A stretch of 35,124 nt of DNA from the IMG/VR virus record IMGVR_UViG_3300032318_000902, positions 1 through 35,124 of that record; one strand, given 5' to 3'. The notes under the pieces were generated by a model. That model was not told where the DNA came from, did no database searches, and worked only from the letters and a program-made list of their open reading frames with translations. This DNA comes from a virus. Its lineage: Duplodnaviria; Caudoviricetes. Made by a program: the position numbers and the translations under genes. Below are positions 34,810-35,124 of the stretch, one piece after another (the first letter of the stretch is position 1; each line of letters starts with the position of its first letter).

Positions 34810-34824
34810 AATTGGTTGTTTTTT

Positions 34825-35124
34825 TTAATCTTGAAACTTTGCCATTCTTTCGGCAAGCAATTCCTGAATCCTGTCATTATACGCCTTGTCCTTTGCCGCT
34901 GGGCTTGTCGTTTGATACGCGGTAAATATCTTTGAGGCTTGTCCGTAAATGTTTGCAATGGTAAAATTTGCCCTCAGCCATTTGTCATTCAAGTTCCATG
35001 CCGCTTGAATAAACACCTTCAATGCTTCAAGGCTATCGCCCTGCCTGTCTATTTTATCAATGTATCTCAGGAGGTTTGTCATTTGTCCCGCGTCTTTGGG
35101 CATCATGATGTAATGTCCGTTTTG
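34825..35124 (-). CDS. C-terminal part of a putative replication initiator-like protein, truncated by the window end
   Basis: The frame stays open to base 35124. Contains DKWLRANFTIANIY. Confidence 0.5.
   Translation of the reverse strand, partial: QNGHYIMMPKDAGQMTNLLRYIDKIDRQGDSLEALKVFIQAAWNLNDKWLRANFTIANIYGQASKIFTAYQTTSPAAKDKAYNDRIQELLAERMAKFQD

Larger units (their letters stand above)
1..35124. mobile_element. Tailed dsDNA phage/prophage genome segment (siphovirus-like, probable Bacteroidota host)
   Basis: Terminase, portal, Clp-type prohead protease, capsid, tape measure, holin and amidase genes are present. No sheath and no host housekeeping genes are seen. Two convergent transcription blocks meet near 26350. 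Confidence 0.96.

Noticed and set aside
1-35124. Genome-wide stop-codon reassignment, tRNA genes, introns or inteins
   Set aside because: Genes are intact and tightly packed under code 11. No cloverleaf was recognised in the short intergenic gaps. Terminase, portal and capsid have ordinary lengths.

Overview
This window is about 35 kb of a tailed dsDNA phage or prophage genome. No tail sheath is visible, so it is siphovirus-like. The host is probably Bacteroidota: translation starts are A-rich without Shine-Dalgarno motifs, TAnnTTTG promoter boxes are present, and two signal peptides are cleaved before Gln. The + strand (1-26320) carries two glycosyltransferase-like genes, a ParB-DNA methyltransferase fusion, terminase, and a morphogenesis region in permuted order (tail chaperone, terminator and tip genes and tape measure, then Clp protease, capsid, tail tube, portal, adaptor), then a fibre and the lysis genes. 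The - strand (26385-35124) carries early/replication genes (RuvC-like resolvase, membrane-anchored GH73-like hydrolase, dCTP deaminase, dATP/dGTP diphosphohydrolase-like protein, PD-(D/E)XK nuclease) punctuated by repeated terminator+promoter units. Five observations stand out. (1) A tail-fibre-like protein and its neighbour both carry apparent Sec/SPI signal peptides, right before the holin. (2) A tail-terminator-like domain is fused to 20-aa repeats and a lectin-like tip, next to a small putative 'bead' protein. (3) An unannotated -1 frameshift extends a tail chaperone that lies far from the tape measure gene. (4) CCT(C/G)AGG is strongly over-represented. (5) A second, SAR-like cell-wall hydrolase sits in the early region. 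All family assignments come from motif recognition by eye, not database searches.
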